Shown here: positions 40,483 to 51,200 of the stretch, piece by piece
Layout of the letters: each line of letters opens with the position of its first letter
Position numbering within the stretch: the stretch's first letter is position 1
The notes under the pieces: generated by a model
Databases searched by the model: none
What the model was told of the DNA's origin: nothing
Seen by the model: only the letters and a program-made list of their open reading frames with translations
Made by a program: the position numbers and the translations under genes
Origin: Monocercomonoides exilis PA203
Lineage: Eukaryota > Protista > Preaxostyla
Length of the DNA stretch: 64,000 nt
Direction: 5' to 3'
NCBI GenBank assembly: GCA_001643675.2
Contig: LSRY02000030.1
Span: 1,142,724-1,206,723 of the forward strand

Positions 40483-40996
40483 TAATTGGTTCTCCTTCTT
40501 CTATTTTTAATCTCTTTTTTCATCATTAATCTGTCTTATTCATTCTCTTCATCTTTGAAAGTCCAATCATCAATTTTCAAATTTTTTTTTAAAAAAAATC
40601 AGAACCTATTATTCACATTTTTTAAATTTATATGAAAAAATATTTTTGGTTTTTCTTGATCAAAATTTAAACTTTTTCAAAGTGGTTATGGGCTCTATTT
40701 TTCGAGAAAATGAATACCAATGAAGAAAAATATATTAATGAAGAAAACACATTGTTATAAAATGAGGAATGCATTTTCGTTTTGGAGAACTCAATTTCAT
40801 GAAATTTGGCAAGATTTTAAGTACTTGTTAATAGATGAAAAAAAAGTTGTTATGGTTATCTTGAAAGATAATATTCTTTTGAAATTATCACGAAACTTCT
40901 TATTTCGGAAGCTTTATATGATTAACGTTATCAAATTGATAAGAAATTTTAATAACTAATGTGTAAGTTAAAAAATTTTTTATGTAAATATTCATA

Positions 40997-41246
40997 ATAT
41001 GGGTACTAATTTTTGAAAAGTCGCAAATGTTTAATTTTCAAAAAAAAATCAAAAATTTCTAACTTTGTTCAAATTTCTGTCACAGCTCATGAATCTTCTC
41101 ATGAATGTTTGAATTATCATTATAAAGAAATGGATTTCATTTTAGTGAAATTTGGTTTGTGTTAACAAACATTTGAGTAAAATATGAAAATTTTGATTTA
41201 TTTGAGAATTAAACATTTGCGACTTTTCAAAAATATTTTCCCATAT
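40997..41246. mobile_element. MITE, ATATGG-terminus family
   Basis: ATATGGG...TTTTTGAAAAGTCGCAAATGTTTAATT is inverted to AATTAAACATTTGCGACTTTTCAAAAA...CCCATAT; homologous to 44916-45165. Confidence 0.85.
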
Positions 41247-43489
41247 GGAATTATGATAATCACTTCATTTAACAAATGGTTAATATTATCAAATGTGAGA
41301 ATCCTTTTCTATTAAATTTTCGTTGTTTAACCCTTGAAAAATAATTTCTTCACAACTTGTTATTGAAACAAATATTTCTTTAACATATTTGTTTCCATTT
41401 GAATCTTTGAAACGTGTGTAATTCAACATTTCAATTGTTTTACGCTTTAATGTTCAAATAAGACAAGAATGAGAGTGTGTCATTATTGATTGTGATGTGA
41501 ATAAGATATATATTTTTATTTTTTTTTTAGCCAACAAAGAAAAAGTAATCTCAGCGAATGGTGGGGATGTGACCAGCGCTACACCATGTATTTACTAAAT
41601 TTTTTTGAAAAAAAACGAAAAAAAGAAAAATTCGGTGTTTTGGATTTGTTGAGAAAAAAGTCAAAAATGACATGTTTATGATGGAAAAATAAGAACAAAA
41701 ACAAGAAAATCTCTGGGTTCGCTAGAGCGATCCCGTTTCTTTTTGACTATGATGAACAACCCCCACACACCTTCCACTACGCCACTCGCTTCTATTCTGC
41801 AATTGATGTGCGGGGCTGGAGGGATAGTGGCGAGGATTGGGAATGAGAGTGCAAACGGAAAAATTTTGCCAAATTGTATGAATCAGATAAGAAAACGAAT
41901 CATAATTTCATAATTATTCGATTGATATTTCAGAAAAACTTTTATTTAAGATAAAATTTTGTGTTTATATCATTTCACTTTTTCCAACAAACTCGCTCGT
42001 TTTTGTCCTGAGACAAAAACTCTGGTGCAAAAAAAAAGAGGATTTTTGAATGTGCCAGAGAGAGGAGAAAGCAAAATAAAATCATAACGAGAGAATGTGA
42101 TGTGTGCGACTGTTGAGACATGGTGGGATGGATAGAGGTTCTAAATAGCTTCAAAACAAAAATAAGTTGTGAAAAATGATGAAAAAAAAGAAGGTCGTTT
42201 TTTTGAAAAAACATGACTTTTTTGAGTGGGGAATGAGAGAAAAAGGAAAAAATCGGAAAAATGAATGGGTTAGTTGTTCGTTTTTTGGGGAAAAATTTGC
42301 GATAGTTGTGTCATTGCAAGCTATTCAAAATACTCACTTGCTTTAAGCCTGCGATCCTAAGTCTCGTCGAAAATTCGCTTCGCTCATTATCTCCTCGACT
42401 TTGGTTCTCGGCCGAATGCTTCGCGAGAAATGTTTTCGATTTATTTATTTATTTTTTTTTATTTAATTTTTCAAATCATTGCAATCATATTGTTCATATT
42501 TATGTTGATATTTTCAAATTTGAATAAATTTTAATTTTTTAAAAAAAATCAAATTTCCCATAAACAATTTTTTTCTTCATTGCATTTAGGGATCTCATTT
42601 TTTTTTGGTGATTTTTTTTATATCAAAATAAAATGTCATCAAAAGACGGAGAGCTGTATTCTGTAGTGCCGCATGCTTGTTGCAATGAAGAAACAAATAG
42701 CAATTTGCCATCTTTTTCATCGCTGTTTTTTCCTTGCATGCAAACAACATTAATGATCAATGATGGAATTGGAACCACAAGCTTACATAATGAAGTGAAT
42801 GTTGCTCGGAATGATGCAGTATCGAATGAAGAATGTTCAAAAAGTGCTCGGAATGATTTATTTTTTATATCAACATCAAAAAAATACAATTATCAAAAAC
42901 ATCAATCAACTTAATTGCTTGCATCTTCTTCTTCAACTTCTTCTTCTTCTTCCTTAGACAATTTTAACAAAGATCTTATTTCCAACAATGATTCTTTTTT
43001 CACACCTCACAATATAACTTAAAAAAATAAAAAAAATCATCTGATGATAAAAATAATTCAAAAAATTTGTCAGTTTCTTAAATTGATAATATAAAAATTT
43101 GTGAAAATAAAGATGATGGAGAAATAAAAGATCTATCAAAGGGTAAAGAACTTTGTTAAAAAAAATTTACAGGTTCGATAATTAAAAAAATTCGCAAATT
43201 TAATTATCAATAAAGAACAAATAAAATCGTCATCATCTTCAACTGAAAATAAACAATCAACAAAAATTAGCAATTCTTCTTCCTCTTCAAATAAAATTCA
43301 TCAACAAAAAATTCAATTATCTGATAATTCAATCACTTCTTCAAAACAACTTCCATACAATTCAATTGATTCGAATTATAAATTAAATCTGTCATCATCA
43401 ATTTTTGATGTGAGAAAAATCAGCTAAGATATCAACTAATCTCATGAACCAAAAACAATCTTTGCTTTTAAAAAAAGAATGCAATACAA

Positions 43490-43763
43490 ATGGTGCAAAA
43501 TATATAACTTCATGCATTTTCATCGAACATTTATGCACTTTTCATTGACATATTTAGATCAAAAAAACACATTTATAATAGGTCCATATTCTGACTTTCG
43601 TGAAATGTCACAATACCTTTTTTTTTTTATTTCTATGATACCTGTTTTCGGATATGAAAATAAAATGTATTTTGAAATCTGAGAAGGTGAAACAAAGTTA
43701 TGAGTGAAGCAAATTTTCAATGCCGTACGCAAAAAATGCTTGAAAATCCATATTTTTCCCCAT
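43490..43763. mobile_element. MITE-like repeat, second copy of 820-1091
   Basis: Similar termini, length and interior to 820-1091. Confidence 0.7.
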
Positions 43764-43887
43764 TTGCTGAAAATTGCGAAGTTTAAAATTATATTTTTCC
43801 AAAACATGGAATTTCTGAAATCAGGTTATTCAAATACATAATAAAACATTTTTTAACATTAATTAAATAAATGAACCATTATCATAC

Positions 43888-45990
43888 ATGAATATTAATG
43901 ATGTTACAGGAGAAGTTTTGAAATCTTTGAATTTGCATTCTCCAGCTAGTAAATATTTTTGTGACACTTCCCCAAGAAGTGTATATCAAACCCCTTTTTT
44001 GTTTTCTGTGGTATTGCGAACATTTGACAGAGAAACATTTGAACCTTATCTTCAAACAGGCTTTCCAATTAGCAAGGAGAAGAAAAAAACACAAGTTTTG
44101 TTGTATGCCGTGTTTATTTCCTTCTGCAGAAAATTCAAACATGAGCCTTGACTTTTTAACATGTATACTGTGTACGGCTTTATCAAACTGTTTGGAGCTG
44201 CAGTTGGATATTCAATAAAAAGTTCGAGAGATTTAATTCATCCGTCATAGAAAATATTTTTCATGGTATCGAACAAAAGAGTTTGTTTCGCATAAAGTCA
44301 GAAAGACTGCATTGCTTGTTATTGATGAAATTATTTATCAAAGTGATCAAATGTTAGATAACGATGAGCTGGAGAAGTTTCATAGCGTCTCCAAGTATTG
44401 AGAACCACAAATCGTTCGAGACTTTGAAAAATCCTTTCTTGTATACCAGAATGAACAGTGGAAAAGCCAAGAGAGGCTTCTCTGTTTCTTTTTGCTCTTG
44501 ACACGTATGCAAGAAGTCTGACATGCTCCAGAATTCGTCTGCGGGATATTGCCAGAGTGTTTTCCAAAGACGGTTCATCATTTGTCAAAGTCACAATCAA
44601 TTTGGCATACGGAAAGGGCATTAGAAATGATGATCACTGTGTCACCGTTGAAGGTTACATCAAAGGAAAAAACAATCTGAACGTGATATGGATGTTGGAG
44701 GAGAATAGAAAAATCCTTAATGGATTATATTTGATTTTATTCGACAATTGGAATTTGGGAGAACTTGGATCTCATTTCTTTAAGGGAAAAAAATAATTTG
44801 TGACAAGAGATTCGATGTTCAAGCCGACTGAAAGTGAAGCTGAAAAAGAAAAAAGTTACAATTTTGTTCTTTGTATTCTTGGTATAAATGCTGCAATAAG
44901 TTATTAAAATTCGAGATATTTGAGTATTTTTTTTTGAAAAGTCGCAAATGTTTATTTTCCATATAAATTAAAAATTTCTTGTTTTGCTGAAATTTATATT
45001 TACACTCACGAAACTACACTAAAATGGATGTTCAAACTTGACCATGCCATCATTCACTTTTCAGTGAAGGTTCGTGAGTGCAAACAGAAATTTCAGCAAA
45101 ATAATAAATTTCAGATTTACTAGAAAATTATACGTTTTGGACTTTTCAAAAAGAATAACCCATATTGGAAAGTATTAAAGAGTTTTGGAAACTGCTTTCA
45201 ATTGTGCAATCATGAAGCAAAAAGGCGCCTTGGAGGGAAAGCGAATGATCAAAACAATATAAACTTTATTTAAAGAAACTTTACTGATTTTCCAAATGAA
45301 GTTTCGGAGTCAAATGTTCCCACTGAACAAAACTGGAAAAAAAATCAGCCATATTTCATAACATTAACATAAAGAAAATCGAATGGAAAGCGGAGAGCAT
45401 TATGGATGAATTCAGATTATTTGTAAGCAAATAATTTAATTTGATTGTTTCAACATGCAAATCCAAATTTTTTCTATCAAAATATCAGCAAATGACAGCC
45501 AGAAAAAACATTCAACGTTATCACATACAATAAAACAAAAATGAAACAATACTTCAAACTTGCATGAAGTTCATATCAAACAAATTTATTGAAGGAGGTT
45601 GTGATATTGAATCACAAGCATATCAGTTTTTGAATTCAATTCCAGATATTTTGGATGGAAGGATTCAATTGGAGGTGAAATCTTTCACACCAAAAATCAA
45701 AGTCAAAGAAAAAAGAGAGATAAACCCAATTATGAAATGCTCATCTGGAATTAAGTGGGCGAGATTTGAAGATGATATTTTAATAAGTGGAGTTCTTGAA
45801 GGAAAAACTTTTGATAAAATTAGCGAAGAATAGAAGATCAGATCTGCTAATTCCTGCAGTGACCGTGTTCAAAATATTCAAAAGAAAATGAAAAAGATAG
45901 AAAACATTGTTGACTTCGACAACATTACTCCTGAAGTTCTAAAATATTTGGAAGATGATGTTCATAATGCTTTAATTTCTGAATCGGAAG
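43888..45990 (+). pseudogene. Decayed tyrosine recombinase gene followed by a Myb/SANT-like remnant, interrupted by a MITE
   Basis: 44458-44796 EASLFLFALDTYARSLTCSRIRLRDI resembles YR box I and aligns with EAAMYLMSVQTGARAIT of the next gene; 45753-45890 reads KWARFEDDILISGVLEGKTFDKISEE*KIRSANSCSDRVQN; many stops and frameshifts. The 5' part may extend to 42633. Confidence 0.65.
44916..45165. mobile_element. MITE inserted in the YR pseudogene
   Basis: Long imperfect palindrome: TTTTGAAAAGTC / GACTTTTCAAAA, TTTTGCTGAAATTT / AAATTTCAGCAAAA, CACTCACGAA / TTCGTGAGTG; homologous to 40997-41246. Confidence 0.85.
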
Positions 45991-46354
45991 ATTGTTGAGA
46001 AGAAAGTTAAAATTATAAAGTTTTTTGGAAATGTGATTTCACTGAGAATTATTCTGTTATTATTTTGATAATGTTGATAAAAAAAATTGACCCACTTCTA
46101 TTCAATACTGTGGATAATTTCATTTTTATTGACAAATAATAATCTGGTATTATGTCAATGTGCTATTAATAAAAGTGTTCATATCGAATGAAAGCTTGTT
46201 TAATGTTTGAATGAATTTTTTTCAAACAACTTCAATGAAATTATTATCTTTTTCATATCCAGTTTATATTCTTGATTTTCACACATTTATCAGTTCGTTT
46301 CTTGAGAGTTATGAACGCATATAGTCAATATTTGTAATATTGGTGATTATTTTA

Positions 46355-46376
46355 AGGTTAGGTTAGGGTTAGGGTT
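46355..46376 (+). repeat. Short interstitial telomeric tract
   Basis: AGGTTAGGTTAGGGTTAGGGTT, in the same orientation as the terminal telomere. Confidence 0.9.
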
Positions 46377-46607
46377 TACTCAATTCACAACCCGATGGTC
46401 CCGGCTAAATTGCATTTTTTGAATGAATTAAAGAATTTTGAAATTTGATACATGTTCAATAATTTTCATTAATCAATATTATACACATTTTTTGTTATCG
46501 TCAATTATTTACATCATATTCATGTGTACCATAATAAATATTTCTAATTTCTGATTTTGAATTTTTTTATATTCGTATCGAGTGACATTCACTGATTGCT
46601 GTTACAA

Positions 46608-48146
46608 ATGAGTTTATTAATTCCAGCATATGCAATTTCTGCATCGTCTTATTTGAAAAGCAATTCATCTCAGAACATTCAAAACGATTTGCAATCTTTC
46701 GTTCAACCTGTTCAATCTCAAGTTTGTTTCCTTCAACATTAAAGTTTTAGAATTATTGTGTGCTAATTCAACACATATTTAACAATAAATATCATACAGG
46801 AATCATCTGAACAAATTTCGACACCTTCAAAAAACTCAGCTATTTGTAATGAAAAAGAAAAGGTTTGCTCTTCAGGCAAACATTATATGTTATTTTGATA
46901 TGAATTACTAATTCTGTTTTATCTTTCTTGTAAATAGAAAGAATATCATGAGGAGAAAACAAAGACTTCTTCAATTAATGACGAATTTGTGAGTAAAAAA
47001 GAAATAGCCAAAAAAATGATCAACCTTGTTCAACAGTTATTAACTCCCTCAAAGACACGAACACCAGATATGAAAAAGCGATGTGAGCTGAAAAGAACAT
47101 CAACAGGAACATTAAGAAAAAATCTTGGAGAAAAAACAACATCGTTTGGCACACCAGAATTTCATTCAACAATCGCAGCAAGCACACACAGCCAAGTCAA
47201 TGAGCCAACGAAATCGGTTGATGTTGTGATGACACCAACAATGACGAGAGTTTTTGTTGACACTTATAAAACGCAGCTGCCGGAAGAACAAAAGACTTGC
47301 GGAAAAAAGGATGATGACGAAAGCGAAGATACTGCAGAGGACGATTCAGAAGGAGATTTAATGGAGCCCTATGATGATTCTGAATATTTGGAGGATGAAA
47401 TTGTCGAAGAAGATGATAATGAAATTGATGAATTAGATAACGAATCGATCAACCAGATTTTAGCAAATATTAGTGAAGAATGTGATGATCACCGAGAGTG
47501 TGTTGCATGTGTTGATAAACAATATAACAAAAGTGACATTCCATCAAATAGTTGCATGCCTTCAGGAAGTAATTCAACTGAGAATGAGAACGATTTGAAG
47601 AAATCCAAAAATAATTCCCAGTTCAAAAGACCAACCAGAATGGATGTTGCGCTTGAAAGAGTTGGAAAAGAGGGAGCAATGAAGTATCTGAGCACAGCTC
47701 CACTTTGGTCAATTTCTACGGTTAAGAAACATGCATGGGTAGGGAGATTGTTGGAAAGGTGGTGTGAGAAAGTTGAAAGAAAAGTGTGGCCGTTGGAATG
47801 GAATGTGGCCAGAGGGTTTGTGCTGTTTTGTGGAAAGGAGTGCAAGTATTCACTCACCTCCATTGTCCACGTTATTGTCCCCTCAATAAAAAGAATGAGT
47901 ATTGAAAAAAGAAGCAGAAAGTTGAACAAGAAAACAGTTGCTGCTATGAATGATGCGATTCGCTTCCTCAGATATGACAAAGAGGTAAAAAAGAGAGGAA
48001 AGGAGAGGGAGCCAGCGTTGTTGCTTGATGTAGAAAGGGTGATAAGTTTTATTCCCAATGTTCTTGACTCAAAAGAGATGGAGGCGGCGATGTACCTTAT
48101 GTCAGTGCAAACAGGTGCGAGAGCAATTACTCTCAAACTAGGTTAG
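46608..48146 (+). pseudogene. Intron-containing tyrosine recombinase (Crypton-like), 3'-truncated by telomere addition
   Basis: Frame-consistent exons 46608-46721, 46800-46862, 46938-48146; helical core-binding-like region, then PALLLDVERVI...MYLMSVQTGARAIT (box I Arg); the stop codon is supplied by telomeric TAG; the H-x-x-R and Tyr motifs are missing. Confidence 0.8.
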
Positions 48147-48242
48147 GGTTAGGGTTAGGGTTAGGGTTAGGGTTAGGGTTAGGGTTAGGGTTAGGGTTAG
48201 GGTTAGGGTTAGGGTTAGGGTTAGGTTAGGTTAGGGTTAGGG
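48139..48242 (+). repeat. Interstitial telomere (TTAGGG)n, ~100 bp
   Basis: Read directly; includes TTAGG variants. Confidence 0.98.
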
Positions 48243-51200
48243 GACCAACTGTGCATGATGGAAGTGCTGGAGGTTAGCACATGTTATCATCAACACATTG
48301 TACATAATTTTAGTATCATTTTGACATCAAATTTTGACAAGAACCTTCGATTATCACTTTTTGTAAGAAGTCCTAAGAAAAGTGTATTTTTGAGTGATTT
48401 GATACAACACATTAGTGAAACTATGAATTTGTATTTTGTTTATAAGTCATGTTTTTCATCCATAATAAGTGTATGGCAAGTTACATAGCATTATATATCA
48501 AAATAACCATCGATTTTTGTCAATGAAGAAAAAATAAAAAATAATTTATATCTCAATGGGAAGAATGATTTGGAGGGAGATATTATACCAGTGTGCTAGT
48601 TGTGTGTTGTGTGTAATAATGCGATATAAGAGAAAAAATAATAAAATAAAAAAAGAACCGGTTATTTCAGAATTGGGCTGAAAAAAACTAAGTCAGTACT
48701 ATGAACAGATTTTGTAATTTTGATGAAAAAATAAAAGTTGAGATTTTGGCTGCAGTGCAACAATCCATGGGTTTCCCCTTCATCCCACCGACACCTCCTT
48801 CTCAAATTCGATTTTATGTGTCAAATTTCTAATATATTGCTATTATTCGAACCTAAAAATATTCATTTTTTTAATAAAAATATTTTTTATAAAAATATCA
48901 AAAATAGGTTGCAGTTAAAGGGTGTTGAAATTCGCCTTTTTTCCCCCCAACAAATATTAACAATTAATTATCACAAAATTATCAATCAATTTTTCTATCA
49001 TGAGATATGAAGATATTTGATTTTCAGTGAAATATCAGTCAAAAGTCAAATGATTGTCTTAAAGATTAAGACATGCCTGTGTTTATAGAATAAACTTGTA
49101 TTAATGATACTATGTCAGGGTTATGGAGTGTGGTATTACTCTATTATTGACTACCATTTGGAATTTATCATTCCTGAATCCAGGGAAAAAAAAATATTTT
49201 TTATGATTTTTCAGTCATTTTTTGGCAAAAAATTTGCCTAACCCTCGAATTTCATCGGGGGTCCCTGAGAGATAAGCGATATATTATTCTTGGTTATTGT
49301 TAGGGGACCAACTGTGCATGATGGAAGTGCTGGAGGTTAGCACATGTTATCATCAACACATTGTACATAATTTTAGTATCATTTTGACATCAAATTTTGA
49401 CAAGAACCTTCGATTATCACTTTTTGTAAGAAGTCCTAAGAAAAGTGTATTTTTGAGTGATTTGATACAACACATTAGTGAAACTATGAATTTGTATTTT
49501 GTTTATAAGTCATGTTTTTCATCCATAATAAGTGTATGGCAAGTTACATAGCATTATATATCAAAATAACCATCGATTTTTGTCAATGAAGAAAAAATAA
49601 AAAATAATTTATATCTCAATGGGAAGAATGATTTGGAGGGAGATATTATACCAGTGTGCTAGTTGTGTGTTGTGTGTAATAATGCGATATAAGAGAAAAA
49701 ATAATAAAATAAAAAAAGAACCGGTTATTTCAGAATTGGGCTGAAAAAAACTAAGTCAGTACTATGAACAGATTTTGTAATTTTGATGAAAAAATAAAAG
49801 TTGAGATTTTGGCTGCAGTGCAACAATCCATGGGTTTCCCCTTCATCCCACCGACACCTCCTTCTCAAATTCGATTTTATGTGTCAAATTTCTAATATAT
49901 TGCTATTATTCGAACCTAAAAATATTCATTTTTTTAATAAAAATATTTTTTATAAAAATATCAAAAATAGGTTGCAGTTAAAGGGTGTTGAAATTCGCCT
50001 TTTTTCCCCCCAACAAATATTAACAATTAATTATCACAAAATTATCAATCAATTTTTCTATCATGAGATATGAAGATATTTGATTTTCAGTGAAATATCA
50101 GTCAAAAGTCAAATGATTGTCTTAAAGATTAAGACATGCCTGTGTTTATAGAATAAACTTGTATTAATGATACTATGTCAGGGTTATGGAGTGTGGTATT
50201 ACTCTATTATTGACTACCATTTGGAATTTATCATTCCTGAATCCAGGGAAAAAAAAATATTTTTTATGATTTTTCAGTCATTTTTGGCAAAAATTTGCCT
50301 AACCCTCGAATTTCATCGGGGGTCCCTGAGAGATAAGCGATATATTATTCTTGGTTATTGTTAGGGGACCAACTGTGCATGATGGAAGTGCTGGAGGTTA
50401 GCACATGTTATCATCAACACATTGTACATAATTTTAGTATCATTTTGACATCAAATTTTGACAAGAACCTTCGATTATCACTTTTTGTAAGAAGTCCTAA
50501 GAAAAGTGTATTTTTGAGTGATTTGATACAACACATTAGTGAAACTATGAATTTGTATTTTGTTTATAAGTCATGTTTTTCATCCATAATAAGTGTATGG
50601 CAAGTTACATAGCATTATATATCAAAATAACCATCGATTTTTGTCAATGAAGAAAAAATAAAAAATAATTTATATCTCAATGGGAAGAATGATTTGGAGG
50701 GAGATATTATACCAGTGTGCTAGTTGTGTGTTGTGTGTAATAATGCGATATAAGAGAAAAAATAATAAAATAAAAAAGAACCGGTTATTTCAGAATTGGG
50801 CTGAAAAAACTAAGTCAGTACTATGAACAGATTTTGTAATTTTGATGAAAAAATAAAAGTTGAGATTTTGGCTGCAGTGCAACAATCCATGGGTTTCCCC
50901 TTCATCCCACCGACACCTCCTTCTCAAATTCGATTTTATGTGTCAAATTTCTAATATATTGCTATTATTCGAACCTAAAAATATTCATTTTTTAATAAAA
51001 ATATTTTTATAAAAATATCAAAAATAGGTTGCAGTTAAAGGGTGTTGAAATTCGCCTTTTTCCCCCAACAAATATTAACAATTAATTATCACAAAATTAT
51101 CAATCAATTTTTCTATCATGAGATATGAAGATATTTGATTTTCAGTGAAATATCAGTCAAAAGTCAAATGATTGTCTTAAAGATTAAGACATGCCTGTGT

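Noticed and set aside
40009-40510. Poly-R/L/F ORFs
   Set aside because: Translations of microsatellites.
45831-45833. In-frame TAG as evidence of TAR-to-Gln recoding, known in some oxymonads
   Set aside because: The long genes here have no in-frame TAA/TAG and end in TAA, TAG or TGA; this locus is a pseudogene.
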